This document shows positions 44,200 to 59,938 of a stretch of 64,000 bases of DNA, one piece after another. The stretch's first letter is position 1; each line of letters starts with the position of its first letter. The stretch spans positions 744,001 to 808,000 of the forward strand of contig JBBPEB010000014.1 of NCBI GenBank assembly GCA_039096225.1. The letters run 5' to 3'. Source of the stretch: Blastocystis sp. Blastoise. Taxonomy: Eukaryota > Protista > Bigyra: Opalinata. Both the position numbers and the translations under genes were made by a program. The notes beneath the pieces were generated by a model that did not search any database, had not been told where the DNA came from, and worked only from the letters and a program-made list of their open reading frames with translations.

Positions 44200-45717
44200 T
44201 ATTTATGTTGATGTCTTATCATATACACATTGTTTTGTTCAATAAATATATATAATTATTTGTTGTATATATCTGTATATACATAATTAATTATGTTTGA
44301 AAAAATAGAATCATATTAAATTGGTCACTTTTTCTATATATGTTAAAAGGTCAATTAGTATTATATATATAAAATGTCATAATATAACGAATTTTCTGTA
44401 TATTCAAACTTGAATATAAAAGATAAAATATTATCTCTTATATAGATATCTATTTTTTATATACTTGCTATAAAGACATTTTTAATAATATATAGATAAA
44501 AATTAATTTTAGATAGGTTAAACAATTATCATAACTAATACTATTTCTGTTGTTTCATTGAATACAATATAAAACAATACAAAAGAATAAAATGAGATAT
44601 AGCGACAAAAAGTAGGCAATAAAAACATTAGATACAAGATTAAAATAGAATTAAAAAAATAAACTATCAAATATAAATGTTTTATGATACAAAAATTTTT
44701 TTGGAACTAGTTTATAAATGTAGGTTTGAATAGAACATCAATTATCTTATAGATGAAATAAGCGGCTCCATTAGCGTTGTTGTTCATTATAATACAATAT
44801 ACGAAGTTGAAATGCTTTTGATATTTTAAATTTATAATAAATTATGAGTAAAACTATAAAATAAAATGAAAATGAATTATTTGAAAAACTGGAAATAAAA
44901 ACTGGACTTATTCTATTTCTCTTTATAGAGTTTTTTGTTCATTAAAAACTGTTTTACTATTCTCTTTCCACTATTAAGAATCAAATATATGTCAAAACTG
45001 TATAATATATCTGAAGATAATATAAAATAAAACTTAATAAAAAAACTAACAGTTCAGGTTTAGTTTCAGAATGAGTTTTTTTATCTTCATCTATAACTAT
45101 GATTTGATCAATATGAGATATATCATAATCAAAGTTTCATTTTAATCATAAACATGATATGTTTGTAAAGAAATTGTTGTCCAATGAGACAAATTGTTTA
45201 ATTCAGGAAAGAAATTTGGATACTTTACATACTACATGGTCATAACAATTTCGTGGTTTTTTATACATACTAATTAATACTTTCGAGGTGTTATCTACTC
45301 ACCTTTTAAATGAAAATGTCAAATTGTTTCATAATTATGTTATGCTTTTTGTTATGAAGATAGAGCATGTTTTAATTCAAGAGATATGTTTATTATGAAT
45401 AAAATAAATAATAAAATAGGAAACAACGAGAAAACAAAACAAAATTGCGAAGTTCGTACTGAAGAGTAAAAAAGTATAAAGAGATTTAAATAAAACATCA
45501 AACAATAAGTTAATTTTTAAAAAAGAAAACAAAATCTGATAGCATAAATGATAATAATATTAAAAGAATAAGGCAATAAGTATATATACACTATATTTAA
45601 AAATATATTTGAAGAATAACGAAATAATTTGTATAAAAAAAATCAAGTAAAAAAAAAGTATAAAAATTACTCCACTATTGATATATATATAGATAGAAGA
45701 AAAAAAAAGGAATAAAA

Positions 45718-47824
45718 TTATTGGTTTTGCAATGTTTTCTCGACATTTAGAGTAAGAGGGAAAGAGGGTATATTAAATCTTTTTTCAGATAAGGAAGAAG
45801 AGAAGACTTTCGCAGTCATAGGAAGAGGTTGTGTATAAGAATTATCATTTGTACTAGTAGCACCATTATTATTAATATTATTATTAGTATTAATATTGTT
45901 ATTGCTATTATTGCTATTATTAGCATTATTATTTATATTGTTATTGTTATTATTGCTATTATTATTGCTATTATTGCTATTATTGCTATTATTATTAATA
46001 TTATTTATGTTTGTAGAAGAAGAAGAGAGAGGATGAGGAAGAGGATTTGGTATAATATCCGAAGGATTTGATATAGATGTTTGTTCTGATGATGGCATAT
46101 AGTAAGAAGAAGAAGAATTATAATAGTTTGAATCTGTAGAATACTCAGTTTGTGAATTATCCATATTTCCTTGGTTATTTGTTTGAGTTGGATTCATCAT
46201 ATAATTAGTACTATCTGTATCTTGTCCTGAAATAGGGAATGAATAATGAAGAGGATTATAAGCAGAAGGATCTTCATATTGATTTGCAGGAGTAGTAAAA
46301 GTAGGAATTTGAAATCCTTCTTTATGTATACCATGACTCGTTACAGGAAGAAGAGATAAAGTCATTAGTGTATAATTACCGTTTACATCCGTTATATTAC
46401 CAAGGATAGTTAAACAACGTAATGGCTAGATAATATAGAGTTATAATAAAATAAATATATTAATAAAAATAAATATATTAATAATTATATTAACAAATAT
46501 ATTATTAAAAAAGAATACTATATCACAAAAAGCATAAATATTTATAAATAAAATTTAATAATATATATATATATATATACAGCAGCAGCTCCTCGTTTAT
46601 AAGTAGCTACAAAAGATCGAGTAGTTTTACGTTTCAAATTAGCAAGATGAGTGATTTCACTATATATAGAATATAGTTAGTTTTGATTAGTAATAAGGAA
46701 TAATAAAATAAATAAAAAATAATAATAATAATAATTCTACAAAATATATAAAAAAAAAATAATAATAATTAGAATAAAATATTTTGATACCTCCATAACA
46801 ATGGCATATCATTTTCAGCAGCCATTTCGAACATATTACTACTTCTAAGGCTTTCAGGATTACTAAAGCAGAAATGCCTATAAATGTAATATATAGTTTA
46901 TATATATTGTAAAAAAGTAATGAATAATAATAATATACTTATAGAATTGTTTATTTCCCTTAATAAATTCTCCTGTTTCAATATTAACAACAACAGAAGA
47001 AATACTACTATATGTCCATACCGATTTATAATCGACACTCTCAGAGATACCATCGCTATTATTCTCTTTCTCACGATCCTCTTTTGTCTGTTGGGTAGGA
47101 ATTATACTCTGGATCTCTATAGATTAAGAATCATAATATGAAGAAGAAGAAGAAAAAAAAAAATAAGATACAATCATAATTTTTATTCATAACAATGAAA
47201 ATAAGTTAAAAGAATAGCAAATAATATAAAAAAAAACATAATAATAAACATAATAAACATAATAAACATAATAAACATAAAATAATATTATATACGTCCA
47301 TATTTGCAGGATAAACGATCTCTTTCGATAAGTAGTTGTTTTATATAAATAACAGAACTTTCTAATATAGACACTTTATCTTTCTTATGAATAATACCAT
47401 CTTTCTATATACAAATGACATAGATACTATTAAGAACAAATATTCTTTTTGTATATTTATTTTAAAAAAATAAAAATAGGCAAGCAATTTATGTTTCATG
47501 CAATTGTTTATCGCAAATTAACTATGTCTAGGAATATATACATCTAATAAATCTTTAATTTCATCAATTGTGTCGTTGATTTTCTTGACTCGTCGCTTCT
47601 CAGCTTCGTTATGATTTGTTTTTCGTTTAGTTTCTCTTCCAGTTTCTGGACTCGATAATGACGATGATAAACCAACACTCTGAGCGTGTTGATAGAAATC
47701 CGCTAAATAAAAAATATATAAATAGTAGTGAACTAACATCATCTGATGTTATGGCAAGAGTAAGGATAGTGTATGCAAGTTAAATATAGATAGAAATACC
47801 TGGAAATGCACTTGGATTAAACAT
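45718..47824 (-). CDS. bHLH-PAS transcription factor with N/S/P-rich C-terminal region
   Basis: bHLH KRKTNHNEAEKRRVKKINDTIDEIKDLL/...KKDKVSILESSVIYIKQL, then PAS-like VDYKSVWTYSSISSVVVNIETGEFIKGNKQF...SNMFEMAAENDMPLLW. ATG at 47824 in a short first exon. Confidence 0.8.
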
Positions 47825-49095
47825 TACGTATCGTTAGTGAGTTTGAATATAATAAAATAGGTTAGTGTTCACCACAGAGAAAACGAATCTTATTGAATTA
47901 TATTGGATAAATAATAAGACGCTTCAAATTTACTTTGTTCGTTATTATCCAAAAACAAGTTTAATTTTTTTAAGACGATGATTCCCTTTTCTCAGCATAC
48001 TTCAGCGGAAAGCAATAAATAAAAAAGTCGAATTTTCATGATTATTCTTTTTTAATTTTTTAAATGATGCATTAATGTGTTTCTATGTTGAATTGAAGTT
48101 TTTTAAGCGTTTCAAAAATATGTTAATTGAATTTGTATTCATAGAAGATATATTTGAAATGTGTTTACTAAAATTTTTTTCCATTTTTTTGTATTTTCTC
48201 TAGATGTACATTTAAAGAATCAGTTGAACATACATTAAATAATCAGTGACAAATTATAAATATTAAAATTATATAATTTAAATCGTAAATCTTCTATTTT
48301 TCATAAATTCGCTTCCAAATACTGTTTTACAAGCTTTATTCCATTTATAGATCTGATGTTATGTCTTTTCTGCATAGACTAGTTAAATTTTTGATACTCT
48401 GTTATAAGTTATAAAACAAATGAAACCAATTGTCTTTTAATGAGTAACATTGTTAACTTTAAAATTATGTATATCCGTTAATAGAGTTATCATGACCTTA
48501 TATCTTATTATTTCACAAATAAATATTGATAGTAACATATCGAAATTATGTTTTTCATGTTTCAATGTTTCTTTTTCTCAAAAAAGACATATAAAATTTA
48601 GTATTTTTGTTTATAAAAATGAATTTGTGACTCTATCGTTATCAGATTTAGTAAAATAATTATATTACTCTTAAAAAGCAAACACATTTCATACACATTT
48701 TTCTATATCTATAGATATATCAACAAAACAATATTCTATATACATGGATCATGAATAGAAATGTCTATACCATGAAAAAAATAAGAAAACTAGTTAATAT
48801 AACAAGAATTGTATTCCAAATAAGAAATAAGATAATTTAAATAAATAAAAACACCAAAAGAAAAACGGCTTGTTAAAAAAAAAAGTATATATATAAATCA
48901 ATATGAATAATTCAAATGACAAATATTGAATAGAATAGAAGTGATAATAGAGAAAATATGAGAATAATTTGTCATATTATAGAATTGAAAATAAAATAAA
49001 TAAATATATAATTAATAGAATACAAAGAAAGAATTAGCTAACAATTTAAAAAAAAAAATTATAAAAAATAATACTATTAATATTAATAATAAAGT

Positions 49096-50121
49096 TTAAC
49101 AACATTTTTTACCATCTTGATTCTTAGTTGGTTCTGTTTTTAGTACAATAGGCGAGGACTGGACAGGAAGAGAAGTTAGAGCTTTCTTATCTTTTTGCAT
49201 ATGAGATACAGAGATCTTTTCATAAATAGCTATATAGACAAATATAATAATTCATAATAAGTATATATATATAATATCAAAGAAAAAAAAAAAAATTATA
49301 TATGTATAGGATATCGATAAACGAATAAATATTTATATACCTTTAAGAATAGTTTGGAAAGCATCAACAACACCTGTTGAATCATAAGCAGAAGTTTCAA
49401 TAAATGCCATGCCATTCTTTTCAGCATAAGCAATAGCTTCTTCTTGAGTAACAGCTCTTTGATTCTTTAAATCACATTTATTACCAACCTATATATATAT
49501 GTAGTATATAAGAGAAATTAGAGAATATTTAAATAGATGTTTAAAAGAATACAGTATAGAATAATATATATTAGAATAATAAAACACAATATCAGAATAT
49601 ATATAATTATCAAAATAATTAACAAAAAAAAAACTTAAAAATTAAAAAAAAATACAAGCATAACAACAATATCAGGTTCAGAATGTTGTTTTAATTCTCT
49701 AAGCCATTCTTCAACATTTTCAAATGATCCATGATGAGAAATATCATAAACAACTAAAGCACCAACAGCTCCACGATAATATCTATATAAATAAAGAATG
49801 AAAAAAAAGCAAGAAATAGCATTAATATGAATACGCGCTTGTAATTGCTCTGAAACGTTCTTGACCAGCTATAGATAAAGAAATAGAAGAAACTAAAATA
49901 AAAAGTATACCAGTATCCCAAATTTGAGCTTTAATTTTCTTTTTGTCTACAGTCATACATTTACTAGCAAACTCTACACCAACAGTTGCTTTGGCTTCCA
50001 ATGAAAATTGATTCTTAGTAAATCTAGATAAAATACAAGTCTTGCCTACACCGGAATCACCAATTAAGACAACTTTGTATAAATAGTCATAAATATCTTC
50101 AACAGGAATTTCAGGATCCAT
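49096..50121 (-). CDS. RAB11: Rab11-family small GTPase, 5 exons
   Basis: [67 protein letters not shown]-terminal CC*. Confidence 0.95.
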
Positions 50122-51289
50122 ATTTAAAAACAACAATAATGATTAAAAACAGAATGATTTTCAATTTTTAACTTTTTGTCGCCCATTTACGGCAAATTCT
50201 CTTTCCAAAAGAAAAAATGTTTTATTCATGGGGATTCATGAAATCATTACTTTAATTTTGTGTTTTTCGATTCATGGTTCCTTTTACTAATTTCATCAAA
50301 CTAATATGGAATAAAAACAAATAAACATAAATTATTATTGTAAAGATTCTTGACATAAAAAATCTTTTCGTCTTAACTAAGAACATAAAAAAATGGAAGA
50401 AAACTGATTCTAACATTTTGTGTAATTCATTGTTTGATTGATTTATAGACTCTTATTAATTAAAAGAAAGACACATAACATTCTATTTTTTTATAATAAG
50501 CGAATTCAATCTAAAAATCTGTCAATAATTTTCTTTGAATACGTTATTCACTGTCAAGGACATATCACTAGAATACTTTCCAGTATAATTAACAAATATA
50601 ATTGATTTCTTTTAGGTTACAAAAACATCTTCAATTTCAATAGGCATTAAAATAGTTTTTCCATCATATAAAAAGATCAAGTTATTACTTACACATAGAT
50701 ACAAACACTAATGATAAGAAAATAGATAAAAACAGTGAATAACAACTGTTTTTTGCTGTGAAACTATTTTCCATGATTAAAACTATAAGAAAAGCGAAAT
50801 TCTATTTTAAATTTGTGAAAATATATTCCTATAATAATTTGCTCAGTACTCTTCTGTTATGTATTTATTATTCGTTATTCATATATATTTGATGTTTTAG
50901 CATACTATCAGTATAACAAAAGTGACTATTTCGATTATTATTATTTTTACTTTAATGAAGTTTTTATCGCTTTTAACTATAACTAATAGATTATTATAAA
51001 CCATTCATATACTAAAAATCAGTTTTTTATCTTGCTTACATACTATATTGAATTGATAGTTTTAAAAAATACTTCTTTTTCTGATTTATAAAGAACAGGA
51101 GTATACATATAGAATAGTTTTAAGCAGACAAATAATTAAAAAAACATTTTTAAAACAATAAAAATGCTATTTATAACAAAAACAAAAACGAATTTTTTCA
51201 CCAGTTCTAACTACTAGCTTATAATTGCTGATTTTTTTATTATTTGAAGAATTTTCATTTTTATTTTATTTTATTAGTCTTTCAGGAAG

Positions 51290-52490
51290 ATGTCTAAATC
51301 AAGCAGATATGATTCAAACAAGCAGGTTCAGGGTATTCTGAAGCAAGCTCCACATAAGCAGTTACCTGTATATACATTTTTTATCATTATTAAAAATTAT
51401 CTCTATATTTTTTTTAATTATTAGAAATATTCAACATATCTTTTAGGTGGGAACTGCTGGTCCTGTTGGTGCATCGTTTGCAGTAATAGAAAAGAATTGG
51501 ATTTGTCCTATTTGTAAAACTGAGAATTTCTCAACAAGAAATTATTGTTTCCGTTGTAGAACCAAAAAGCCTGATGAGGGAGGTGGTTTAGTTATGAGTG
51601 AAGCGCTTTTAAAAGATCAAGTATGTCACTTTTATCTATTTTTATTTATTAAATTCATGTTTGAATAATGTATATCTATGTGTATTAATATAGGCTGGAG
51701 AAGGAAGTGCTTGGCGTGAAGCAATTGATCCCAAAACAACATTATTATATTATTTCAATACCATTACGGGTCAAACCCAGTGGCAACGTCCTGCAGAAAT
51801 GGGTGCTGCTCCTACAGGAACAGGTTGGTATGGTCGTGGTGCTGCAGGTAATGAGTTAGTCTTTGCATATGAAAAGCAAAATGTACAATTTCTTCAACGA
51901 CCTGCTAGAAAACAAGCGGAAACAATTGAAGCACAACATACTCAACGATTAGAAGGTGCTAATGAATATAATATTTGGTATGTAGTTGTTTATTTATCCA
52001 TATATTAAAAATATATATTATATATATATTATTTCTACTTTATTAAAAATGTAGAATATATTATTATTATTATTATTATAATCTCTATAGGTATCATCGT
52101 TGGCAAGGAGATGCTTGGGATTTTGGTTTAGAAAAAGGTGAGCCTGCAGCCACTCGTTGTAACGTAGCTGATGACGCAGGGTATACAAAGGCAGATAAAG
52201 AATCAGTAAAAGGAAAACAATGTTATTTTTGTATACATTTTGCAAGAGGCTGTTGTGCTAAAGGAAGTAAATGTGATTATTATCATAGGTATATTATTAT
52301 ATATTATTTATTATTATTTATTTTATTATATTATGTTTTTTTTTATTTATTATATGTTTATATTTATTATATATATATTTATTATATATATATAGAATTC
52401 CTATTCCATCAGATATGGCTAAAATTGATTTATCTCACGATTGTTTTGGAAGAGAACGATTTGGAAAACATAGAGATGATATGGGTGGAA

Positions 52491-52523
<33 letters not shown>

Positions 52524-53517
52524 TTATTTATTTTGTCTATGTAATATATAAAATAAAAATAATTATATATATTTATCATAATCTTATATAGTTGGTTCAT
52601 TTGAAAGTGATTGTAGAACATTATATGTGGCAGGATTAGATACAAAGAATGGCACAAATCTTCAAGAGATTATTACTCGTCATTTTAGTGAATTTGGTGA
52701 AGTAGAACAAGTGAATGTTATTTATAGACTTAGTATTGCTTTTGTTCGATTTAGAATGAGATGCTCAGCTGAATTTGCTAAAGTATATTATTTATTTATT
52801 TATTTATTTTATTTTATTTATTTATTTATTTATTTATTCTATTTTTATTTTATTTTATATATATCATATATATATTTATATATAATATACATATATGTAT
52901 ATTACAATATTTTTCTTTATATACAGGTAGCTATGGCAAATCAAGCTTTAGATGAAGAGGAAGTGTTAAATATTCGATGGGCATTTGATGATCCTAATCC
53001 TATTGCTAAAGAAGCTATAGAGAGAGCGAATAGAGATGCTTATATTGTAGGCATGCAATCTAGAGGAGTCAGGTATATATATATATATTATTTATATATT
53101 TATATATTTATATATTTATATAATAAATATATCATTTATATATTAAATATATTAAATATTAAAATATTAATAATTTTATCAATAATTTCAAATATATATT
53201 TGTATATACTCCTATATATATTATAGTTTAACAGAGGCTGGTTTTCAGTATCCTAATACTTATCACCCTGATTTAGTAGGAGGAGTATCTTCGGCAGAAG
53301 GAGATACAACAAGGGGATATAATGTAGAAACTGGACTACCCAATACAGAAATGCAATTTGAATTAGCAAAACAACAAGGATATACTGTCAAAGGTATGAA
53401 CTATTTATTCATCATTATATAATTCTTTTATTTTTTTATATTTCTAATAATGTTATGATATTAGTAAAAGACAAAATTTTGAATACTATTATTCTTAAAT
53501 CTATCTATTTTTCATTA

Positions 53518-53549
<32 letters not shown>

Positions 53550-53870
53550 GATGAAACAAGAGATACAAATAATGAATATATGCCTTATATTGTTCCTGTT
53601 ATATATCCTGAGAATGTCTATGAGCAAGCAACAGATGCTTTGGATCAAATGGAAATAATACATGAAAATGGAGAGAATAATGGTATTTATAATGAATCCA
53701 ATGGCTATCCAACTCCTGAAGATATGACTCTACAGAAAGAAGAAGAAGAAGAAAAACAAAAGAAAGCTGAACTTAATAGACAAAAATTAAGTAGTATTTT
53801 AGATTCTATTGGAAGTAAAACGGAAAATGAACAATCCAAAGAAATAGAAAGAGATGAAATGAAAGAATAA
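51290..53870 (+). CDS. CWC2: Pre-mRNA splicing factor CWC2 with N-terminal RanBP2-type zinc finger and WW domain
   Basis: WICPICKTENFSTRNYCFRC; WREAIDP...YYFNTITGQTQWQRP; RPARKQ; EYNIWY; FCIHFARGCC...CDYYHRIP; DCFGRER; RTLYVAG RRM; EFAKVAMANQ; LNIRWAFDDPNP. Confidence 0.93.
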
Positions 53871-54183
53871 TTTTTGATAATTATATTCATTTTGTTTTAT
53901 TCACAATTTTTATCTATATGTATATTATATCTTTTTATTTCATTATTTTTATCCTGTTCTATATGTTAACATTTGTTTATTGTGTGTGTATATATATTTT
54001 TAATGTTATTTTCTGTTGATTGTTAATGTTATTTATGTAGAGAATAGTTTTTTATGTAAAATAATTTATATATTATGATGCACAACAAAATAATATATAA
54101 CTTATTATATATTTTGCAAATAAAAAAAAACATGTAACGAAATGAATATAAAAAAAACTATATATAAAAGAAAATAAATAGAT

Positions 54184-57100
54184 TTAATATAATTTTGATT
54201 GATTAAAAAGTGTTTGAACTTGATCTCGAATAGAACGAACTGTATTAATCTTATCATTCCAATTAGTTGAAGATAATAATTCTGAAATTTCTTCAATTAT
54301 ATCACTATTACCAGTAAACTGATCGTCATATATATCAATAGAGGATAAATATAAATATAATTGCTCAGAAGTACTACGTCGAACCTAATATATATATATA
54401 TATAGAATATACAAGTTATATAAATAATAAAAATATTATATTTAAAAAAATATATATATATAAAACAGTATATATTCTTTAAATTAATAAAAAAAAAAAT
54501 CTATAAAAACATCTAATATAAAATAGATTTTAATAATTAAATATATATACAACAGGATATTGATGTCCTAAGAACCACATAAGCATCTTTATACTTCTTA
54601 TTTTACATTCTTTATAATCAAATAATTTTATATATATATCACGAATAATACATAAAGAAGGAATAGAAGAAACTTTTCCTACTTTTTTACCTAAAGAATC
54701 TAATAAAGAAACTACAATTTCATGATTTCCATGATTATTATAAATATATTCTAAATATCCTTGCTCCATAAAGAGTAATATTGTTTTTATTAAATAAGAA
54801 AATATAATATCATTAATAGCAGTATCTTTTAATAATTGAATTAAAATAATAAAAATATCTTCACCTATGTGTCCATGAATCTTCTTATCTTCATCTATGT
54901 ATTGTAAGAAAGCAGTAGTACTTGTTTCTACAATATCTAACCCAATACCTCCTAAAGAAAAGATTAATCCTTTTACTATATATTCTCTATATATATCTAT
55001 ATTCATACATTTCATTATTAAAGGTAAAGTAACAGAAGCATCTACAAAATTAATGGATATATCATTTGTAAATAAATCACATAATTGTTTATATTCAGGA
55101 ATTAAAGTAGATGATGAAAAAGGTGTATATAGAACAGATAATAAACAAAAAGATGCTTTTTCACGTGAAAAATTCAATTGTTCAGACATTTGTTTTAATA
55201 AGTATCCAATACAACAAGTAGAATGAGATAACCAATAAGATTGATAATAAGAATATATAGATGAATATTGTGTAGATAAAGCAAGTTGATCCAATAGTAT
55301 AGAGATAGATTGTATAGAGGAAGAGATACAAGAACCATTTAATTGATTTTGAATTGCTTGAATCATATTAGAATATTGATTGAATAATGAATTAATATAA
55401 TCTTTATGATTTTTATATACTTTATTTTGTGAATAGAAATAAAGATGTTCTGGATATAATTCACTTCCAAAAAGAGGATCAATAGTAGTATTACTATCAA
55501 ATAATAAGGATATACATTCAGGATGTAATGTATCTATAATATTTTCACGGTTATTTTCTATATCTTTTGAGTTCTTAGCTCTTCCTTCTTGAGTGATATA
55601 TTCATCACTATCAAATAGACATTGATCTTTTATATCTAATGATATATTCTCTTTATAATAGATTTGCTGATATATTAATGAATATATATAATATTCTATA
55701 GCATATTGGTTACCTTGAAGATCACAAATACATAAGTGTTTATTCAGCATTCGATAGAACATTCGAATCCCTTCCATAGCTTCTTTTCGAAGATATAAAC
55801 CAACATCTCCTCTTTCTTCTCTTGTATAATCATTAATACCTATTTCTATACTTCTCATATATATATCTAAATAATAATCACTAACATCTTTTGGTTTATA
55901 TATACATAGATGAGAAATTATACTAAATATACAATGTAAACATAATACTTTTCCATCTATATCTATAGCAGAAGATGGTTGAATATATGTTTCTAATAGA
56001 GATAATATAGAATTTAATATCTCAGAAGTTGGGAAACTATAGATACATAATTGAGATAAAACACGAGAATAGCCATGAATATTAATAGTATTTGTAGACA
56101 TAAATCCTTTTTGAATAGAATCAAGCATATTTTGAATATAAAAAGAATATAATGAAATAGTAGCGTTTTTGTTATCTGAGATTTTATTATCTGAGATATT
56201 ATTATCTGAGATATTATTATCTGAGATATTATTATCTGAGATATTATTATTATTATTATTTTCAATAATAAATTCATTATTCTTTATAACTTCATTTATA
56301 TGTTGATTATAGAGGAACCATGATAAATAATGATAACAATCAGAGACAGAGATTTGAACGGATTCCGACGGGAATAATACATTTTCTTCAAGAATATTTA
56401 ATATATCCATAATATTTGATTGTAAAGAATAAGAATAAAAATCAAGTTGAATAAATATAGAGATAAGTTGACATATATATTGACGTATATAAGCATTTCC
56501 TTGAGTTTTATAATAAGTAGAGGAACGCATTGTAGGAATAATAGAAAGCAACTATTTATATATATAATAGTATAATTAAATAGATGATACAGAAATACTT
56601 CAATATATAATATGTTAAATAATAATTTAATAATATAAACTAGCATATAATAAACTAAGTGTATAATATAATATATGATACATATTCAGAAATATACTTT
56701 ATTTTTAGTTTCATCTGAAATAGTATAATGTGTTATATATATAGATTTACATATAGAGATGATTCCTTCTAAAGATCCAATTCGTTTATATAAATACTTA
56801 TGTGTACAATTACATAAGAATGTATCCAAGATTGTTGAGAAATAGTATTCCGGATCACAAATAAAGATATTGAAAAGAGCTCCACTCGCAAGATCTCTAA
56901 CTTGTTCATCACTACTATAGATTAATGTAGTATATATATAATCTAACATAGGTTTCTGATATTCCTTATAGTGCATTATTGTTGTTAATAATATCGTATA
57001 ACTATAGATAGATGTAATCATATTTTAAAATAATTCTGTACATGATATATATATATATAGAATCAATATAAACTATATACATACCAATATTTTATATTAG

Positions 57101-59938
57101 CAATAGAGAGATAATCACAAATACCTATAATATCAATGCCATGAGGAATATATAAGCCACCCATTCTACCGACACATTCCTATAGGAAGGAGAGACATAT
57201 ATTATTAAATATATGAATAGTAAACATATCATATAAATATTACAAATATACATATGATGAAATACTTGAAACAACAGTCTTTAAATGATAAATTTATATA
57301 TATATATATACTTGAAAAGAAGCTTGAGCAGCTCTTCTACAATTGACTTCTTTATCTAAAACCATAAGAACAGATAACCGCGGATATAGTTGATCAATTG
57401 ATAAGTATATATCCGATGGATTATATACATGAGCAATACACCATGTAATATAACAAGATACATCTTTTATTGAACTTTCTATTCTATATATATAATATAT
57501 TATATATATATACATAAGTGATGAATATATATGATTAAAATAATATATTTATAATATACATAAGTGATGAATATATATGATTAAAATAATATATTTATAA
57601 TATACATAATTGATGAATATATGATGATTATATAATATATATATATATACAGAGTATTGTTAATAATTGATGAATAATATAATCCTTTAACAATATATTT
57701 ACATATAGTATTATTAAGTTCTATAGGATCTATACACATCTGTCTAACTAATTCTGCTAATGCTAATAAACCTCCATGATAATATATATCACTCTGATTC
57801 GAATTTAATAATTCATATATAGATTCTAATATCATACCGCCATATTCTTTAGAGGGAAGAAGAGACGTTAAAGTCGCTAAATATTTTGCTGATTTCCAAC
57901 GAAGCGATGAATCCTATATATATATATAATAATAGTGATTTGAAAATGATATATAAGAATAATTTGAAAATGATATATAAGAATAGTGATTTGAAAATGA
58001 TATATAATAATAAAAAATAATAATGGGTATAAATTTATAGAGTAATAAATATTTTATTATTTGAAATGTTGTTTATATATAAATATATACTTTATTAGTA
58101 ATTGCTTGTAGATAGATATCAATAACAGGTGTAAGCATATCAATATAAGTATATATATCAGGGTATACTATTAAGGACTTCTCAAAATATTATTATTACG
58201 TTTATTATTATTATTTTTATTATTATATTTATATATATAATGGATATATTAACATGATCTTCATCAATAACTAAAGTATCATTATGATTGCGACGATATC
58301 TATATATTATATATATCACATTATATAAGAAAGAAAATATTATATATATACCTCCATGAATATTGAACATCATCAAGGAATAATAATGATATATATAGAG
58401 CTACTTTACATATATATAGATATATAGTTGCAGAAGTAAAGATAGAAGCATAAGTAGAAAGTGCATGAACAATATCTTGAAGATGAGGATCTAAAGAATC
58501 ATGAAAATACTTACAATATATATAATATAATAAATATATTATAATATAATAAATATATTATAATATATATACATAAAAGTTGTTGAAATTGACTTCTATT
58601 ACCATTTTTAAGTATATATTTAAAACATAATAATACTCCTACTAATTCATATGTAGATATAGAATTCTCTTCATCTCTTTTCTCTATGATTTATTATAAA
58701 TATATTATATAAATAATATAATTTAATAATACCATTTGTATTTAATGCTTTGAAGACAGTAGACAAATAATCATCAATAACATCTTTAGTTGTATCTGGT
58801 CTATATATTATTATAATAATATTATATAAATATATATATATATATATACCGAATAATGAGTTTATATAGACAGATGCAACTAGACTTTTGAATTGGTCCT
58901 GATTGATATATATAGTGAGAACAAAGAGTATAGATGAGACGATCAAGAGGAACAGAAGGATCTATAGATATACATATATAATGATTTTCTTAAAAGACAA
59001 AAAAATCAAAGCCAAAATGATAATAAAGAAATATTTAAAAAAAATGAATAATAGAACTTAAAAAATAAATCAAAAGATACACAAAAAATTATACAATATA
59101 TAAATAAATAAATTATCCTAAAAAAAATATATATATATATATATATATACCAGAATTAATGGAATGTAAAGGGAATGGCGTCATTAGAAGCATGGCTAAC
59201 CATAATAAACAAATATAAGTAGATTTCCATACACTATATATATATAGATACCAATACATGAATATATATAAACTTATCTACTATAAAATAATTAAGAATA
59301 AAAACATAATAAATAATAAGAAAAATGTATACTATATACTACATAATAAAACTCATAGAATAAATACTTTTCTTCAAGAGTATCAAATCGCTGTATATAA
59401 TGAACAACAGGTTCTAATAGATTCACTTCGTGAGGAAATAAAACATAAACAGTCTTATAACCGCGAATATTACAGAGCCAATATAAAACCTATACATTAA
59501 ATAACAATTATTATTATTATTAATAAGAAATTCTATATATACTTCAAAACAAGCATGAAGTTTCTTTTCCATAATAATGATATTGCCTTTTGTTTGATCT
59601 GAATTGATGTATGATGCATCAATAGTAGTTACAATCATCTATATGCATAAATTTAATAAAAAAAACATATAATACATACTTCAATTTCTTTAAACATCGT
59701 AGACACAATATGATCCAAACATTCATCAAGAATAGTCGGCATAGGAACATAATAATAAAGCTAAAAACACATAATCACAATGATTTTATGTAACACATAC
59801 AATTTTCTGAGCATGTTCAACAGATCTTGATATCTCATATTGACTATCTCCATTATAAGTTACAATTTCATTCATAACCGTATCAAATTCATCTCGATGA
59901 CGAAAGAAACTGTCAGCTTGAGTGATATAATTAGCCAT
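54184..59938 (-). CDS. TBCD: Tubulin-specific chaperone D
   Basis: IRGYKTV...FPHEV, LLWLAML...PF, DSSLRWKSAK, HGGLLALAEL, DKEVNCRRAAQASFQ/ECVGRMG...PHGIDI, DYTREERGDVG, LGHQYPV/VRRSTSEQLY. Confidence 0.93.

Noticed and set aside
58175-58255. Possible further non-AG acceptor in TBCD
   Set aside because: In-phase GAG and AAG acceptors exist, so no anomaly is required.
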